The position numbers were made by a program, and so were the translations under genes. A DNA stretch of 64,000 nucleotides, from contig CM059432.1 in the NCBI GenBank assembly GCA_030390025.1, positions 48,176,001 to 48,240,000 of the forward strand, read 5' to 3'. How positions within the stretch are numbered: the first letter of the stretch is position 1; each line of letters opens with the position of its first letter. Below are positions 51,296 through 64,000 of the stretch, piece by piece. The DNA is from Squalus acanthias (Eukaryota). The notes beneath the pieces are model-generated. The model did not search any database, had not been told where the DNA came from, and saw only the letters and a list, made by a program, of their open reading frames with translations.

Positions 51296-52189
51296 GAAGT
51301 TGGCTTAGAATCACCTGGGGCCATCTGTTCTGGAGCCTGTGTTGTGGTGGGGTTGGTAGCTGGGAAGATGAGGATGAGTCAAGTGTCCTGGGTAGGAATG
51401 GTGTTACTTCATGTTGTTGCAGACATGGTGACTCTTCACTGGTGAAAGTGCGTGGAAACTAATGACACTAATGAACTGTTCAGCTGATCTTAGCCCTATA
51501 ATCACACACTTCGGCATCGCTTGTAATACTGAATATTAATCCAGAGGCATCTATGTAGGGGATCCTGTAATAAAGCTGCACCTGAATAATTAATAAGCCA
51601 CATTAAGAATATTAGCCAAAGAGTACCAGACAAATCTTTACCCCTTTTTACCACAGTTTCATAAGAAAATTGTCTGGAAATTTACCATCCACATCTAAGA
51701 GTGATTAGATGCCTAAAGATATCTAAAGAACTTTCTCCCCTTTTGGTCCGTGAATCTGGGTTTATGTTAATATTTTTGTACAATCAATACTTATTAAAGC
51801 ATGGCACTGCCATTTCAATATATCCAGATTTTAGTATAAGCTCTTGCTATGAACTGAAACCTTCCCAACTGCTACTGGAAATTGCGAAACGCACAACACT
51901 CCAGCAAATGTCAATCACGGTCATCGTAACCTTAAACTGGGATGCATAGCAACGTGGTGATAACAGTTGGGATTTTTAAAAAGTTTTTTGTAAAACATTT
52001 TCAGATCCAGTAATATAGTTTTTGTAAAGATATGTGACCTGTTAGAGATTAAATAAGCAACTAATGAGGTTAATAAACCAACTGTCAATCTATATTAGTT
52101 TATGTTTAAAAAAAAAAGCAGCTCATGATTTTTATACCAAATTTCTTGATTTTTAAGAGTTTGTCTCTTGATTTATGAGACAGTGGGGT

Positions 52190-53890
52190 TGGCATGTCTA
52201 GGTGTGTGGCATGCATGATGTGGACCTGCCTGGACTCACGTACCATCCAGGGTGAATACACATGTATGAAGTGTACGAAGGTTGCACTCCTCAGGCAGAA
52301 AATTGCACAGCTTGAGAGTCATCTGGACACACTCTGCAACATCTGATAGGGAGAAAGTTTGCTGGAGCAGACGTTCCTGAGGGTGGTCATCTCACAGGCC
52401 AGTAGGAGTATGAAGCTGGTAAAGGGGACAGGGTGACCATCGGTAGACAGGGTAGGAAGCAACAGGTGAGGGTAGAAAGGGCATCATCTGTGGAGCTGGA
52501 CTTGTCTAATAGGTTTACCTGTTTAGATACCAGTGATGTGCACAAAAAGGGTGACACAGAGGAGGGTAATCATGAATGGCTACAAGGCATTGAGGAGCAA
52601 GTGGTTACCCATTTGGGAAACCGTACAGGTAGTAAGAAAAGGCAAGTGGTGATTGTGGGTTATTCTATAGTTAGGACGGTAGATAGCTACATTCGTAGAC
52701 ATGATCCAGAGTCCTGAATGGTAAGTTGCTTCCCAGGTGCCAAGGATTGGGACATAGCGGACTGAATACAAAAAGTTCTGAAATAGGAAAGTGAGCATGC
52801 AAAGGCTGTAGTTCATGTGGGAACTAATGACATAGAGCAAGTTCAACGTTCTGTAAAGGGATTTCAATGAATTAAGCTCTAGATTAAGGAGCAGAACCTC
52901 TAAGGTAGTAATTTATGGATTACTCCCAGTGCAACATGCTGGACCGGACAGAGAGAGAAAAATTGGATTGTTAACATGTGGCTGGAAGGATGGTGTAGAA
53001 GGGAGTGTTTCAGATTCCTGGGACACTGGCACCGCTTTGGGGGCCAGGGAAGGCTGTACAGATGGGGTGGTCTTTACCTAAAATGAAGAGGAACCTATGT
53101 CCTTGCAGAAAGGGTAAATAGGGCAGGGGGGAAGATATAAACTAGTTAGGGGATGGGAGGGGAAAATCCACACTGTAAGTCATAAAGTATGAGAAAAGGA
53201 CCAACAGGGCATATGGGCAGGGTGGGGACAGTTACCCAGATAAGAGTTCTGTACATAAATGCATGTAGCGTAATAGATAAAACAAGTGAGTTAGAAGCAC
53301 AAATTTAGCTTAAAGGCTATGATGTAGTAGCCATTAGTTGTGGCTACAAGCTAAGCATGATTGGGAGCAATGTTCCCGCGGCCGCGCAGCAATAGGAAAG
53401 GTCCTGCGCAGGCTTCTCACTGGCTTTTACATTGTAAATGCCGCGCATGCAGAGAAATTTAAAGGGACTGCGCATTAAAAAAAAAACAGGCTGCGCAGCT
53501 TACAGGGAACATTGATTGGGAGCTAAATATTCCAGGCTATAGGATCTTTAGAAAGGAAAGGAAAATTGGGAAAGGAGGAGGAGTAGTAATATTGATAAAA
53601 GACACAATTACCACAGTAGAAATAAGGCATTTCAGTAAGTGATCAGGCAGTGGAAACACGATGGGTAGAGTTAATGAACAGAAAAGGATAGCGAGACTGG
53701 TAGAAGTTGACTACATACCTCCTGATAGTATTGATGTAGTGGGGAATGCTTAAATACAGAGATCAGGGAAGCCTGTAGCAAAAACAGTGTGGTTATAATG
53801 GGAGATTTAAATTTTCTCATAGAGGCAGAACAGCTCAAGAAGTAAAAGCAATTAATTTCCAAAATGTATTCGGGATAGTTTTCTAGAACA
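52190..53890 (+). mobile_element. CR1 5' region: ORF1 (esterase-like) and start of the APE endonuclease, degenerate
   Basis: LSNRFTCL, VVIVGYSIVR, CFPGA, VHVGTND; VLYINACS...YDVVAI; GGGVVILIK; IMGDLNF. Confidence 0.85.
53368..53514. mobile_element. hAT-type MITE inserted in the CR1
   Basis: Perfect TIRs CAATGTTCCC/GGGAACATTG; perfect 8-bp TSD ATTGGGAG. Confidence 0.88.
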
Positions 53891-54654
53891 ATGGCCTGGG
53901 TTTTGTGGTTACAATGACGGCGAAACTGGCAGTGTTCGCTGTCATTACTCTGTGAAACTGACAGCACCTTCTGGCATCCGCACATGCACAGTTAAACACG
54001 GAAATTCAGAAGTTGCTGTCAGTGATTCCCTGCTCCACCACAGGGTGCACTGTTGAAGTCCTCACAGATAGAAATCTTAGAAATCACTTGCCATTTTTTA
54101 CGCTCTAATCTCGCTGTAAAAATCCCTGAAAAAGTTAAACCGTGTTGAATGAGGTGTAACTGGGTTTTTAAACAGCGTACTAAGTCATAATTACTGCTGA
54201 AAAACCTCTCTGGCTCTGAAAAACTAATTTTATATTTGTGGAATATGAAATTTCTCCATTATGATAAAAAAAATCCATAGATTTTTAAAGTAATAAAATG
54301 TATATATTTTTTTAAAGTTTGTTTATGATATTTCAGCTTCTACATTAATCTCACGCATTTGTCTCAATCTTTATTTTGCTCTGTAAAATGATTAAAAAGT
54401 GGAGCATAATCAGTGCTTTTTACTTCCTGTTTTTCTGTCTGTGAGAATTCTTCAATGCAATTGGCTGCTTAGGCTACTTGATGACATCACTGTTGCTGGA
54501 CGCGGGATGAGAAATAAATTGACTGCAGTAAACTAGATGAACTATTAATTGGTAGATGGGAGAGGAAGACCAATGGCACAAATGAACAAATTGACTTGGT
54601 GCTTTATGACAGAAGTACTACAGTTATGTTCTGCTGCATGGAATTGAAGACCTA

Positions 54655-55547
54655 GGGGTAAAAATTCAGTTGGTTGCACCTCCCGTTAGCGCCTTAAGAG
54701 GGCGCTAATGGGGCGCAAAGCCGCTAACGCCCGGGCGCAGCGATGTTTGCGCCGCTCGAGAACTTAACTTGAGATTGTGCGGCGGCGCTAAAACTTACCG
54801 CTGCGACCACCTGCGCGCGCAGATTGTGACGTCATTCCATGGTGCAACGCCCTTGTGGCGCCCCGGAGCGGAAATTGAGTGGCGCCCCCTGCCTTACCGC
54901 CTGGCGCATCCAACGACCAGAAGACTGGAACGCTATCAATCGCTGTGGGGCTGGGGGTGGCGCTATTTAAAGGGGGCCTCTTCCTGTCTTTTATTGTTGG
55001 TGGCATTTTTGAACTATGCATTCTGAGAGAGAGAGGGAGAGACTTCTGGAGAGATTCAACGTTGTGTGAAGGAGTTTTGGGTACTGAGCAGCACTTTGCA
55101 GGTTCATTTTGATTTGCCATTCCTTGTATCGATTTAGCAGAGACTGTGGGAGCTGCACTCTGAGCTCTTTGCCTGGTACTCTCCATTGTTCTTTCCAGCA
55201 CATTTGATGTGCAAGTCTCTCCAGGCCGAGATTCAAGGCTGCAATGAACAGGATGTGGATGGAAAGCAAGATTAACCATCCCCTTTAAGAACTGGCCTGT
55301 GCCATTGTGTGTGTGTTCCATTGCTGACTGACATTACATGAGCTTCGCCAGCGCTCTGAGGTAGCGCCTCACTCCTTGGCCTTTGCGCCTTAAGACAGGT
55401 GTGCAGCGCCTGCTTTAGCGCTCCACTCACCTCCCGGGGCGGTAAAAGTGAAGTTTCCAGTCAGTGCCGATAATTAGCGCCAGGCGCTAATATTTGCGTC
55501 CAGACGATATTTGCGCCCCAAATGGGGCGCGACCTAATTTCTACCCC
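54655..55547 (-). mobile_element. Harbinger-derived MITE, copy 3
   Basis: TIRs GGGGTAAAAATT / AATTTCTACCCC; TSD CTA. Confidence 0.9.
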
Positions 55548-55683
55548 CTAGTAATTTTTCAGATGATGATTTAAAAATTTTCATTTCTTAATTTTAGGCA
55601 GAGTCAAATATTCCTATTAACCTAACTCACGAGATGAAGCAGCATTTGGGATTCACACAACCCAGAAATGTGTTCCCACATTT

Positions 55684-58388
55684 GGGGCTCGATATTGCCA
55701 GGCCCGAGGAGGCGGGATTGGAGGCGTGTGAGGTGTTAAAATTGCAAAAAATGGCGGGCCGCTCCGATCCCACCTCCAGCCCGCCTCCGAGCAATTTTCC
55801 CAGAATCGGGGTTTCAAACCCCGTTTCCATCCTGCCTCCAGCTGCAGCTCCACCATTAAAAAGGAGTTTTCACCAATGATCATTTGCAGGTGGCAGAACT
55901 TTGTTGTCTCAGGTCTGGGGGAACTTTTAGATGCCAAACTATTCTGTCACCAGCTTGCTGTGATGCGCCCGTCTGTCTGTCCCCCACTTGCGAATCCTCC
56001 TCGATCCCAGCGATTTCCAGGGCCGCCTCCTCCCAGGTGGTGAGCTGGGCTACTGAGGGTGGCCCTCCTCTTGTCATGGCTCTTTCCCTCTTATTGTGGG
56101 CTCTCTTTTCCTGCAATGAGGGACACAAGTGGAGTTTGAGTGAGAATGAAGGAGTGAGTGTAGAGAATGCATAGCATAGATGCTTAGAAGGAGACAAAGG
56201 GCCCTCCCTGTGTGTTGTAAGTTGTTGTTGTTGTTGTTGTTGTTGCATCACAGTGATAGGGAGTGTGAGGGCTGCATGGTCGAATAGTTAAGTGAATGTG
56301 ACCATAGAGAGAGAGGGAATGGGTAAGGGTGCAGGGATGTAAGGGCTCGATTTTGCCATTGGTGTCAGGTGGTTTTCGTGTCAGGACTCCGATGTGAAGT
56401 GGGAAAAAAGTGCGATTTTGCCCTAATTGGGCACTTGATTTCCAGCGTGTGGAAACCCCTGGCCCAATGAGTCTTTTCATACAGAAAATCGCCTCCGATG
56501 ATGTCATCAATGCTGCTGGATTTAAGGCCTGCAAGCAGCCTTGCTTCTTCTGGAGACTTTAAACTTTATGCCCATTGTTGTGATCGCTTCATTCAGCAAA
56601 TATGTCCAGCAGTAGGCCAATGTGTGCTCCAAGATTCGATGAGGCCTCCCTCCAAGCTCTGGTGGAGGGAGCAAGATCAAATAAGGAGGTGCTCTTCCCT
56701 TCCTCAGGGAGGAAAAAGCCTCCCCAGCAGACTAAAGCTGTGTGGATGCAAGTGGCCCAGGAAGTCAACTCAATCTCTATGTGCCGCAGAACCTGGCTGC
56801 AGTACAGGAAGAGGTTTCATGACCTTCTCCGCACGGGAAAAGTGAGTAGGACTTTCCCATCACCCTCAATCTGATCCCCATCGCCTCTCCTCACCAGCAC
56901 TCTGCTTTGCCAACCTCTTCCTCCACATCTTACTTGACACTTAGGGGGCAATTTTCCCAGTGGAGGTGGGGTGGAGGCGGGTTTCGGTTTGGGTGGGTTT
57001 CAAACCCGCCTCCACTGAGAGGTGGGAAAAATTTGCGATTTTCCCCTAATTGGCCAGTTGATTTCAGAGGTGGGGGTTCCCCTGGGCCAATTAGTGTTTT
57101 GGGACTGAAACTCGTCTCTGCTGACATCACTTATCCAGCTTCATTTGAGGGCTGCTTGCTGTCTTGGTTCATTCCACTGGTTTTTGGTCGATGCTGCACC
57201 ACCTCCAAGCTGTTATCTCCTTGAAGAATGGCCAGCTCCAAAGCAAGGGCCTCCCCAAGGTTCTCGGATGAGGCGCTGGGTTTGCTGGTTGAGGGGGCGA
57301 GAGCTAGCAGGGAGGTGCTCTTCCCCTCATCTGAGAGGAAGAGGCCTCCCAAAGAAACCAAGGCTGTGTGGGTCCAGCTGGCAAGGGATATAACCTCCAG
57401 ATCTGTGTGCAGATTGGGTGATTGTTTCTGTTTATTGATGAAATGCCATCCCTGTGGGAATGTATTAAAATTAGGTGATGGCAAACTGTTGGCGTGATGG
57501 CATCTGATATTTCGGCTTAGGCAGCTCCACATTGTGGGCTCTGCGACACTTGCATAGTCAGGTTGGTGGTCAGAGTGAAAGGAGGCCACAGAGTCATGTC
57601 CATTGTCTATCATGTGTTAAGAAGGAGCCAAGCACATGTGCCACAATGGGCAACCTATGCAAATCTGGCCAGGATGAGTGCATTCCTTGCACGACGTGTT
57701 TCCATGCGCTGGCACCTTCTGCCCTGTGCAGCATCAGGTGGATGAGCAGGAGGTTCGGTCTCCTGCTGCTGTTGCTGCTGAGCTGCCTGGTTCTCCTGCT
57801 GCCGTGGCTGCTCCTCATCCAAATCTGAGGTCCATGGTGAAAGGAAATAAATGGTTCCCATGCTGCTGGCAGATACCTCCGTTGGGGAAGCGCTCAGTCC
57901 AAGCGGGGAGAGGTTCTTCCAAGGAGGTCCCACAGTTGAGAGATAGAAGCTGCAGCACCTCCGACTTCGGTAGGCCTGCTAAAACTGCTGAAAGACCTTT
58001 GGAACAAAAGTTCTGCCACCTGCAACTGCTCCTTAATGAAAGCTCCATTTTAATGGTGGAGCTGCAGCTGTGAGGAGGCCACCCACTTGTCAACCCGCCA
58101 GGATTAGCTGGTGTGGCTTAGGAGGGTCATGGAACACGCTGAAAATGTGGTAAAATAATGAAGGCCTGTCAAAATAGGATTATAGAGGCCTTTAACTACT
58201 ATTTAAGGGTCTTACCTACCTCTCCCGACTGATGGAGGCGGGACCAAATCGCACCCATCTAACCTGCCTCCGGCAAAATTGCGCGGAGGCGGGTTGGAGG
58301 TGGGTTCTGAACCCGCCCTCAGTTTTTGCCATTTTGCCAACTGTCCCGCCTCCAAACCCGCCTCCTCGGGGCTGGGAAAATCGCCCCC
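55684..58388. mobile_element. Composite or nested Harbinger relic with several Myb/SANT gene fragments
   Basis: Long imperfect TIRs (55684 onward vs 58390 backward); Myb exon 1 copies at 56602-56841 (ending GTGAGT) and 57228-57411; exon 2 on - (EKRAHNKRERAMTRGGPP); probable transposase 5' end on - near 57600-57861. Confidence 0.75.
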
Positions 58389-59203
58389 ATAGTCTTAGCT
58401 TAATTTCTAACTCCTACAGAGAATTCCGCATCAGGATGACTGTATAACTATAAATGGTTTTTGTAAGGATTCTGTTCATCATGGTTACTTTCCACAATGA
58501 AAATAAAGTACCCGATGAGCGCTGTAATGGGATATAATCAGCCTGAAATATTTTCATTCAAATGGAAAAGTTTCATGAACAGCCATTTAATGCACAAAAA
58601 ATACACCAAGTCCTCATAAATGCATCGAATATATTAGTGCTATCGTCCAGAGAGCATTTCTGTTTGTTCTGAGTGTGTCCCATTTGATTGTTTCTTATTT
58701 ATGTTATGACCTTAGCTTCAAAACTCATCCTGAAGATATTGAGTTGCTTAAGGAAGATCTTCAGAGGACACGTCATTATACCAGCTAAGAGAATCCCTGC
58801 AGAATGCCTCCTCTACACAACATTTATTCCCAGACCCGCCGCAAGCAAATACATTTTCAATCAGACTTCAATGAATTTGCTGAGATGCCCCACATTGGCA
58901 AGTGATGGCCACGTGTTGCATCAAGAGTCTCCCTATTGGTGATGCTCATACAGCATATGCCCAGAATGCCTATTTACTCAGCAGTACGCAGCCAGTACTG
59001 TGTTTTTCCAGGATGGGCAGCTTTAGGTTGTCTCCTAGACGTGTTTGAAATGCCGTTTCCCTTTGAAATAAATGCAACTGCCCCAAGTTGCAGTCAGCCT
59101 CTCCTTGTAGCTGATATCACTGGAATGGCTGCAGAAGAGGAGCGATCCAAAACAGGAGAGGGATCTCCAGGTCATATCAAATTTGAAGGTATGTTTGACA
59201 AGA

Positions 59204-62200
59204 ATCATAGAAATTTATGGCATTTCAACTGTATATCCAAGTGATATGGGTTTCTGCCTCTACCACCCTTTGAAGCAGTGAGTTCCAGACCCCCACCACC
59301 CTGAAAAAAGTTCTCAACTCCACTCTACTCCTTCTACCAATTACTTTAAATCTATGCCCCCTGGTTATTGTCCTCTCTGCTAAGGGAATGAGGCCCTTCC
59401 TATCCACTCAATCTAAGCCCCTCATAATTTTATACACCTCAATTAAGTCTCCCCTCAGCCTCCTCTGTTCCAAAGAAAACAACCCCAGCCTATCCAATCT
59501 TTCCTCATAGCTAAAATTCTCAGTCCTAGCAACATCCTCGTAAATCTCCTCTGTACCCTCTCTAGTGCAATCACATCTTTCCTGTAATGTGTTGACCAGA
59601 ACTGTATGCAGTATTCTAGCTGAGGTCAAACTAGTGTTTTATACAGGTCAAGCATAACCTCCCTGTTCTTATATTCTATGCCTTGGCTAATAAAGGAAAG
59701 TATCCCGTATGCCTTCTTAACCACCTTATCTACCTGTCCTGCTACCTTCAGGGATCTGTGGGCATGCACTCCAAGGTCTCTCTGTTGCTCTACACTTCTC
59801 AATATCCTACCATTGATTGTATATTCCCTTGCCTTGTTAGTCCTCCCCAAATGTATTACCTCACACTTCTCCTAATTGAATTCCATTTGCCACTTTTCTG
59901 CCCATGCTGACTGTCCTTGATTAATCCTTGCCTTTGTAAATGATAATACTGTCCCTCAGAATTTTTCCCAATAATTTGCCCATCACAGAGGTTAGGCTGA
60001 CTGGCCTGTAATTACTCAGTCTATAGAATCATAGAATCATAGAAGAATCATAGAAGATAGGAGCAGGAGTAGGCCATTCGGCCCCTCGAGCCTGCTCCGC
60101 CATTCAATGAGATCATGGCTGATCATCCAAATTCAGTACCCTGTCCCTGCCTTCTCCCCATATCCCTTGATCCCTTTAGCCTTAAGAAATATATCTAACT
60201 CCTTCTTGAATATATTTAATGAGTTGGCCTCAACTGCCTTCTGTGGTAGAGAATTCCACAGGTTCACCACTCTTTGGGTGAAGAAATTCCTCCTCATCTC
60301 TGTCCTAAATGGCTTACCCCTTATCCTTAGACTGTGACCCCTGGATCTGGACTCCCCGGCCATCGGGAACATCCTTCCTGCATCTAGTCTGTCTAGTCCT
60401 GTTAGAATTTTATAAGTTTCAATGAGATCCCCTCTCATTCTTCTAAATTCCAGCGAGTATAAGCCCAACCGACCCAATCTCTCCTCATACGTCATTCCTG
60501 CCATCCCAGGTATCAGTCTGGTGAATCTTCGCTGCACTCCCTCCATGGCAAGAACATCCTTCCTCAGATAAGGGGACCAAAACTGCACACAACACTCAAG
60601 ATGTTGTCTCACCAAGCTCTGTACAACTGCAGCAAGACATCCTTGTTCCTGTACTCGAACCCTCTCGCTACGAAGGCCAACATACCATTTGCCTTCTTAA
60701 CCGCCTGCTGCACCTGCATGCTTACCTTCAGCGACTGGTGCACAAGGACACCCAGGTCTCGTTGCACTTCCCCTTCTCCCAATCTATTGCCGTTCAGATA
60801 ATAATCTGCCTTCCTGTTTTTGCCACCAAAGTGGATAACCTCGCATTTATCCACATTGTACTGCATTTGCCATGCATCTGTCCAATCACCCAACCTATCC
60901 AAATCATACTGGAGTTTCTCGGCATCCTCCTCACAGCACACACGCCCACCCAGCTTTGTGTCATCTGCAAACTTGGAGATACTACATCTAGTTCCCTCGT
61001 CTAGATCATTTATATATATTGTGAATAGCTGGGGTCCTAGGACCGATCCCTGCGGTACCCCACTAGTCACTGCCTGCCACTCGGAAAAAGACCTGTTTAT
61101 TCCAACTCTTTGCTTCCTGTCTGCCAACCAGTTCTCTATCCAAGTCAGTACCCTGCCCCCAATCCCATGTGCCTTAACTTTACACGCTAATCTCTTATGC
61201 GGGACCTTATCGAAAGCCTTCTGAAAGTCCAAATACACCACATCCACTGGTTCTCCCTTATCTATTTTACCAGTTACATCCTCAAAAAATTCCAGTAGAT
61301 TAGTCAAGCATGATTTACCTTTTGTAAATCCATGTTGACTTTGACCGATCCTGTCACTGTTTTCCAAGTGCTCTGCTTTTACATCTTTTATAATGAACTC
61401 TAGCATTTTCCCCACTACCGATGTCAGGCTTACTGGTCTATAATTCCCCATTTTCTCTCTACCACCTTTTTTGAATAGTGGGGTAACATTAGCTACCCTC
61501 CAATCCATGGGAACTGTTCCAGAGTCTATAGAATTTTGGAAGATGACCAGTAATGCATCTATCCCTTTCTCCCTTTTTAAACAATGGTACAATGTTAGCA
61601 GACCTCCAAAGTACACAGATAGTGGGGAATATTTTAAACAGAAAGTACATCCCCTACAGTTTTCTTCCCTTTTAACTAGTTGTCTCTGAAATATCCCACG
61701 GCCTCTTAGCTCCATATCTTGCACTTCTGCTCACAACCCAACTGACCAATCCATTGATATCTTCCTGCAGTCTACAGTTTTCTTCCTCACTATCAACCAC
61801 ACGGCTAATTTTTGTATCATCTGCAAACTTCTGAATCATGCCCCCTACATTGAATTCTAAATCATTGATATATACCACAAAAAGCAAGGGACCCAGTACT
61901 AAGCTCTGCGGAACTCCACTGGAAACAGCCTTCCAGTCACAAAAACACCTGTCGACCATTACCCTTTGCTTCCTGCCACTGAGCCAGTTTTGGATCCAAC
62001 TTGCCACTTTCCCTTGGATCCCATGGGCTTTTACTTTTCTGACCAGTCTGCCATGTGGGATATTGTCAAAAGTCTTGCTAAAATCCATGTAGACTACATC
62101 AAATGTGTTACCCTCATCGACCCTCCTTGTTACATCTGCAAAAAATTCAATCAAGTTAGTCAGACACAAGCTTCCCTTAACAAATCCATGCTGACTGTCA

Positions 62201-62350
62201 TTGATTAATCCGTGCCTTTCTAAATGACGATGAATACTGTCCCTCAGAATTTTTTCCAATAATTTGCCCAGGTTAGGCTGAATGGCCTATAATTACTCGG
62301 TCTAGCCCTTTCTCCCTTTTTAAACAAAGGTACAAAGTTAGCAGTCCTCC
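59204..62350 (-). mobile_element. Nested CR1 cluster: an older CR1 interrupted by a young CR1 (60026-61559), plus a second copy of the older one
   Basis: RT motifs NYRPVSLTSVVGK, QHGF, YLDFQKAFDKVPH, GVPQGSVLGP, FADDTK; TCTAT flanks the young insertion on both sides. Confidence 0.93.
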
Positions 62351-62488
62351 GAAGTACACAGATAGTGGGGAATATTTTAAACAGAAAGTGCTTCCCCTAC
62401 AGTTTTCTTCCCTTTTAACTAGTCTGTCTCTCTGAAATATTGAGAGGTCGCACAACACCAGGTTATAGTCCAACAGTTTTATTTGAAA

Positions 62489-62527
62489 TCACAAGCTTTC
62501 GGAGCTTACTACTCCTTCGTCGGGTGA
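62489..62527 (-). ncRNA. Hammerhead ribozyme motif with a core mutation
   Basis: UCAC-CCGACGA-(A)GGAG...CUCC-GAAA-GC-UU-GUGA; the CUGA box has become CCGA. Confidence 0.55.
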
Positions 62528-62856
62528 AGTAAAAAGATACAGAATCGCCAAAGCATATATAGATAGAGAACAATGCATGTGTACCTTACAATTGCAGACA
62601 ACTAAATTAAATCATCCTGACTATCTGCCGAGGTGTGATAAAGTTAATCAGGTCAGCCAGGAAGGTACCACATCAAAGACATAGCAAGATACAACTGAGA
62701 CAATGAGGTGGAGTCGCAGGGGGTCTAACGTGTCAAAAGCTGCCGTCTGTATGTAAAACGATAAGCTTTAGAATTTTTACTTTTTTACTGGGAAAATTTT
62801 TACTTTTTTACTGGGAATCACATCTGTGAACAAGCCAACGACGACTCGAGTCCGGA

Positions 62857-63999
62857 TCACGTCATGTATCGTGACATAAACCCAAGATCCCGGTTGAGAC
62901 CGTCTTCATGAGTGCGGAACTTGGCTATCAGTTTCTGCTCGATGATTTTGCGTTGTCGTGTGTTCCTAAGGTTGCCTTGGAGAACGCTAACCCGCAGATC
63001 CGAGGCTGAATGTCCTTGACTGCTGAAGTGTTCCCCGACTGGGAGGTAACAATCCTGCCTGGCGATTGTTGCGCAGTGCTCGTTCATACGTTGTCTCAGT
63101 GTCTGCATGGTCTCGCCGATGTACCATGCCGCGGTGCATTTTTTCCTGCAACGTATGAGGTAGACAACGTTGGCCGAGTCACATGAGTATGTACCATGTA
63201 CCTGGTGGGTAGTGTCCTCACGTGTGATGGTGGTATCTGTGTTGATGATCTGGCATGTCTTGCAGAGTTTGCCGTGGCAGGGTTGTGTGGTGTCGTGGTC
63301 GCGGTTATCCTGAAAGCTGGGTAATTTGCTGCGAACGATGGTACTTCTGAGGTTAGGCAGCTGTTTGAAGGCAAGTAGTGGAGGCATGGGGATGGCCTTA
63401 GCGAGGTGTTTGTCGTCATCGATGACATGTTGAAGGCTGCGAAGAACATGGCGTAGTTTCTCCGCTCCGGGGAAGTACTGGACGACGTAGGGTACCCTGT
63501 TGGTTGTGTCCCGTGTTTGCCTTCTGAGGAGGTCTATGCGATTTTTCGCTGTGGCCCGTCGGAACTGTCGATCGATGAGTCGAGCGTCATATCCCGTTCT
63601 TACGAGGGCATTTTTCAGCGTCCGTAGGTGTCCATCGCGTTCCTCCTCATCTGAGCAGATCCTGTGTATTCGCAGGGCTTGTCCATAGGGGATGGCTTCT
63701 TTAACGTGGTTAGGGTGGAAGCTGGAGAAGTGGAGCATCGTGAGGTTGTCCGTGGGCTTGCGGTAGAGTGAAGTGCTGAGGTGTCCGTCTTTGATGGAGA
63801 TTCGTGTGTCCAGGAATGAAACCGATTCTGAGGAGTAGTCCATGGTGAGTTTGATGGTGGGATGGAACTTGTTTATGTTATCGTGTAGTCTTTTCAGTGA
63901 TCCTTCGCCATGGGTCCAAAGGAAGAAAATGTCGTCGATGTATCTGGTGTACAGCGTTGGCTGGAGGTCCTGTGCAGCGAAGAAGTCTTGCTCGAACTT
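62857..63999 (-). CDS. Penelope-like RT / GIY-YIG endonuclease polyprotein (partial, uninterrupted)
   Basis: RYIDDIF, FLD, LYRKPT, PCHGKLCKTC linker, VVY...WYIGET, RMNEH, GLN. Confidence 0.92.
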   Translation of the reverse strand, partial: KFEQDFFAAQDLQPTLYTRYIDDIFFLWTHGEGSLKRLHDNINKFHPTIKLTMDYSSESVSFLDTRISIKDGHLSTSLYRKPTDNLTMLHFSSFHPNHVKEAIPYGQALRIHRICSDEEERDGHLRTLKNALVRTGYDARLIDRQFRRATAKNRIDLLRRQTRDTTNRVPYVVQYFPGAEKLRHVLRSLQHVIDDDKHLAKAIPMPPLLAFKQLPNLRSTIVRSKLPSFQDNRDHDTTQPCHGKLCKTCQIINTDTTITREDTTHQVHGTYSCDSANVVYLIRCRKKCTAAWYIGETMQTLRQRMNEHCATIARQDCYLPVGEHFSSQGHSASDLRVSVLQGNLRNTRQRKIIEQKLIAKFRTHEDGLNRDLGFMSRYMT

Positions 64000-64000
64000 G

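Larger units (their letters stand above)
62445..64000 (-). mobile_element. Penelope-like element (RT plus GIY-YIG), continuing beyond the window
   Basis: Open frame from 63999 to 62857; 3' UTR homologous to 17150-17572. Confidence 0.95.

Noticed and set aside
55880..56251. PolyQ protein
   Set aside because: A (TTG)n microsatellite in a Harbinger intron, read into Myb exon 2.
60609..61724. 371-aa ORF as a novel RT gene
   Set aside because: Chance read-through from flank and the older CR1 into a 5'-truncated young CR1, with a frameshift near 60610.

Overview
Vertebrate genomic DNA, very probably a cartilaginous fish (inferred from SacSINE1/DeuSINE-type SINEs, abundant CR1 LINEs with (ATAGAATC)n/(ATAAGAAC)n tails, Penelope-like elements and Harbinger elements). 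The ORF track misses the one host gene I can support: a complete 7-exon cytosolic alpha-carbonic anhydrase (CA1/2/3/13-type) on the minus strand (CDS 44700->28341, 783 nt, 260 aa, all introns GT-AG). It keeps the Zn ligands but has Ser in place of the His64 proton shuttle, and it has 9 cysteines. A TATA/CCAAT/GATA promoter lies just upstream of it, and a CpG-rich housekeeping-type promoter sits near 50.6-50.95 kb. The rest is a nested transposon landscape: CR1, L2, RTE, Tx1/L1, Gypsy (Mag-like), Penelope with minimal hammerhead ribozymes, two-gene Harbinger elements with a young MITE family, hAT MITEs, and an unusual 976-bp TSD-flanked insert carrying a homogeneous CpG-rich 70-bp tandem array. 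Many repeat boundaries are approximate; exon, TSD and ribozyme coordinates were read base by base.
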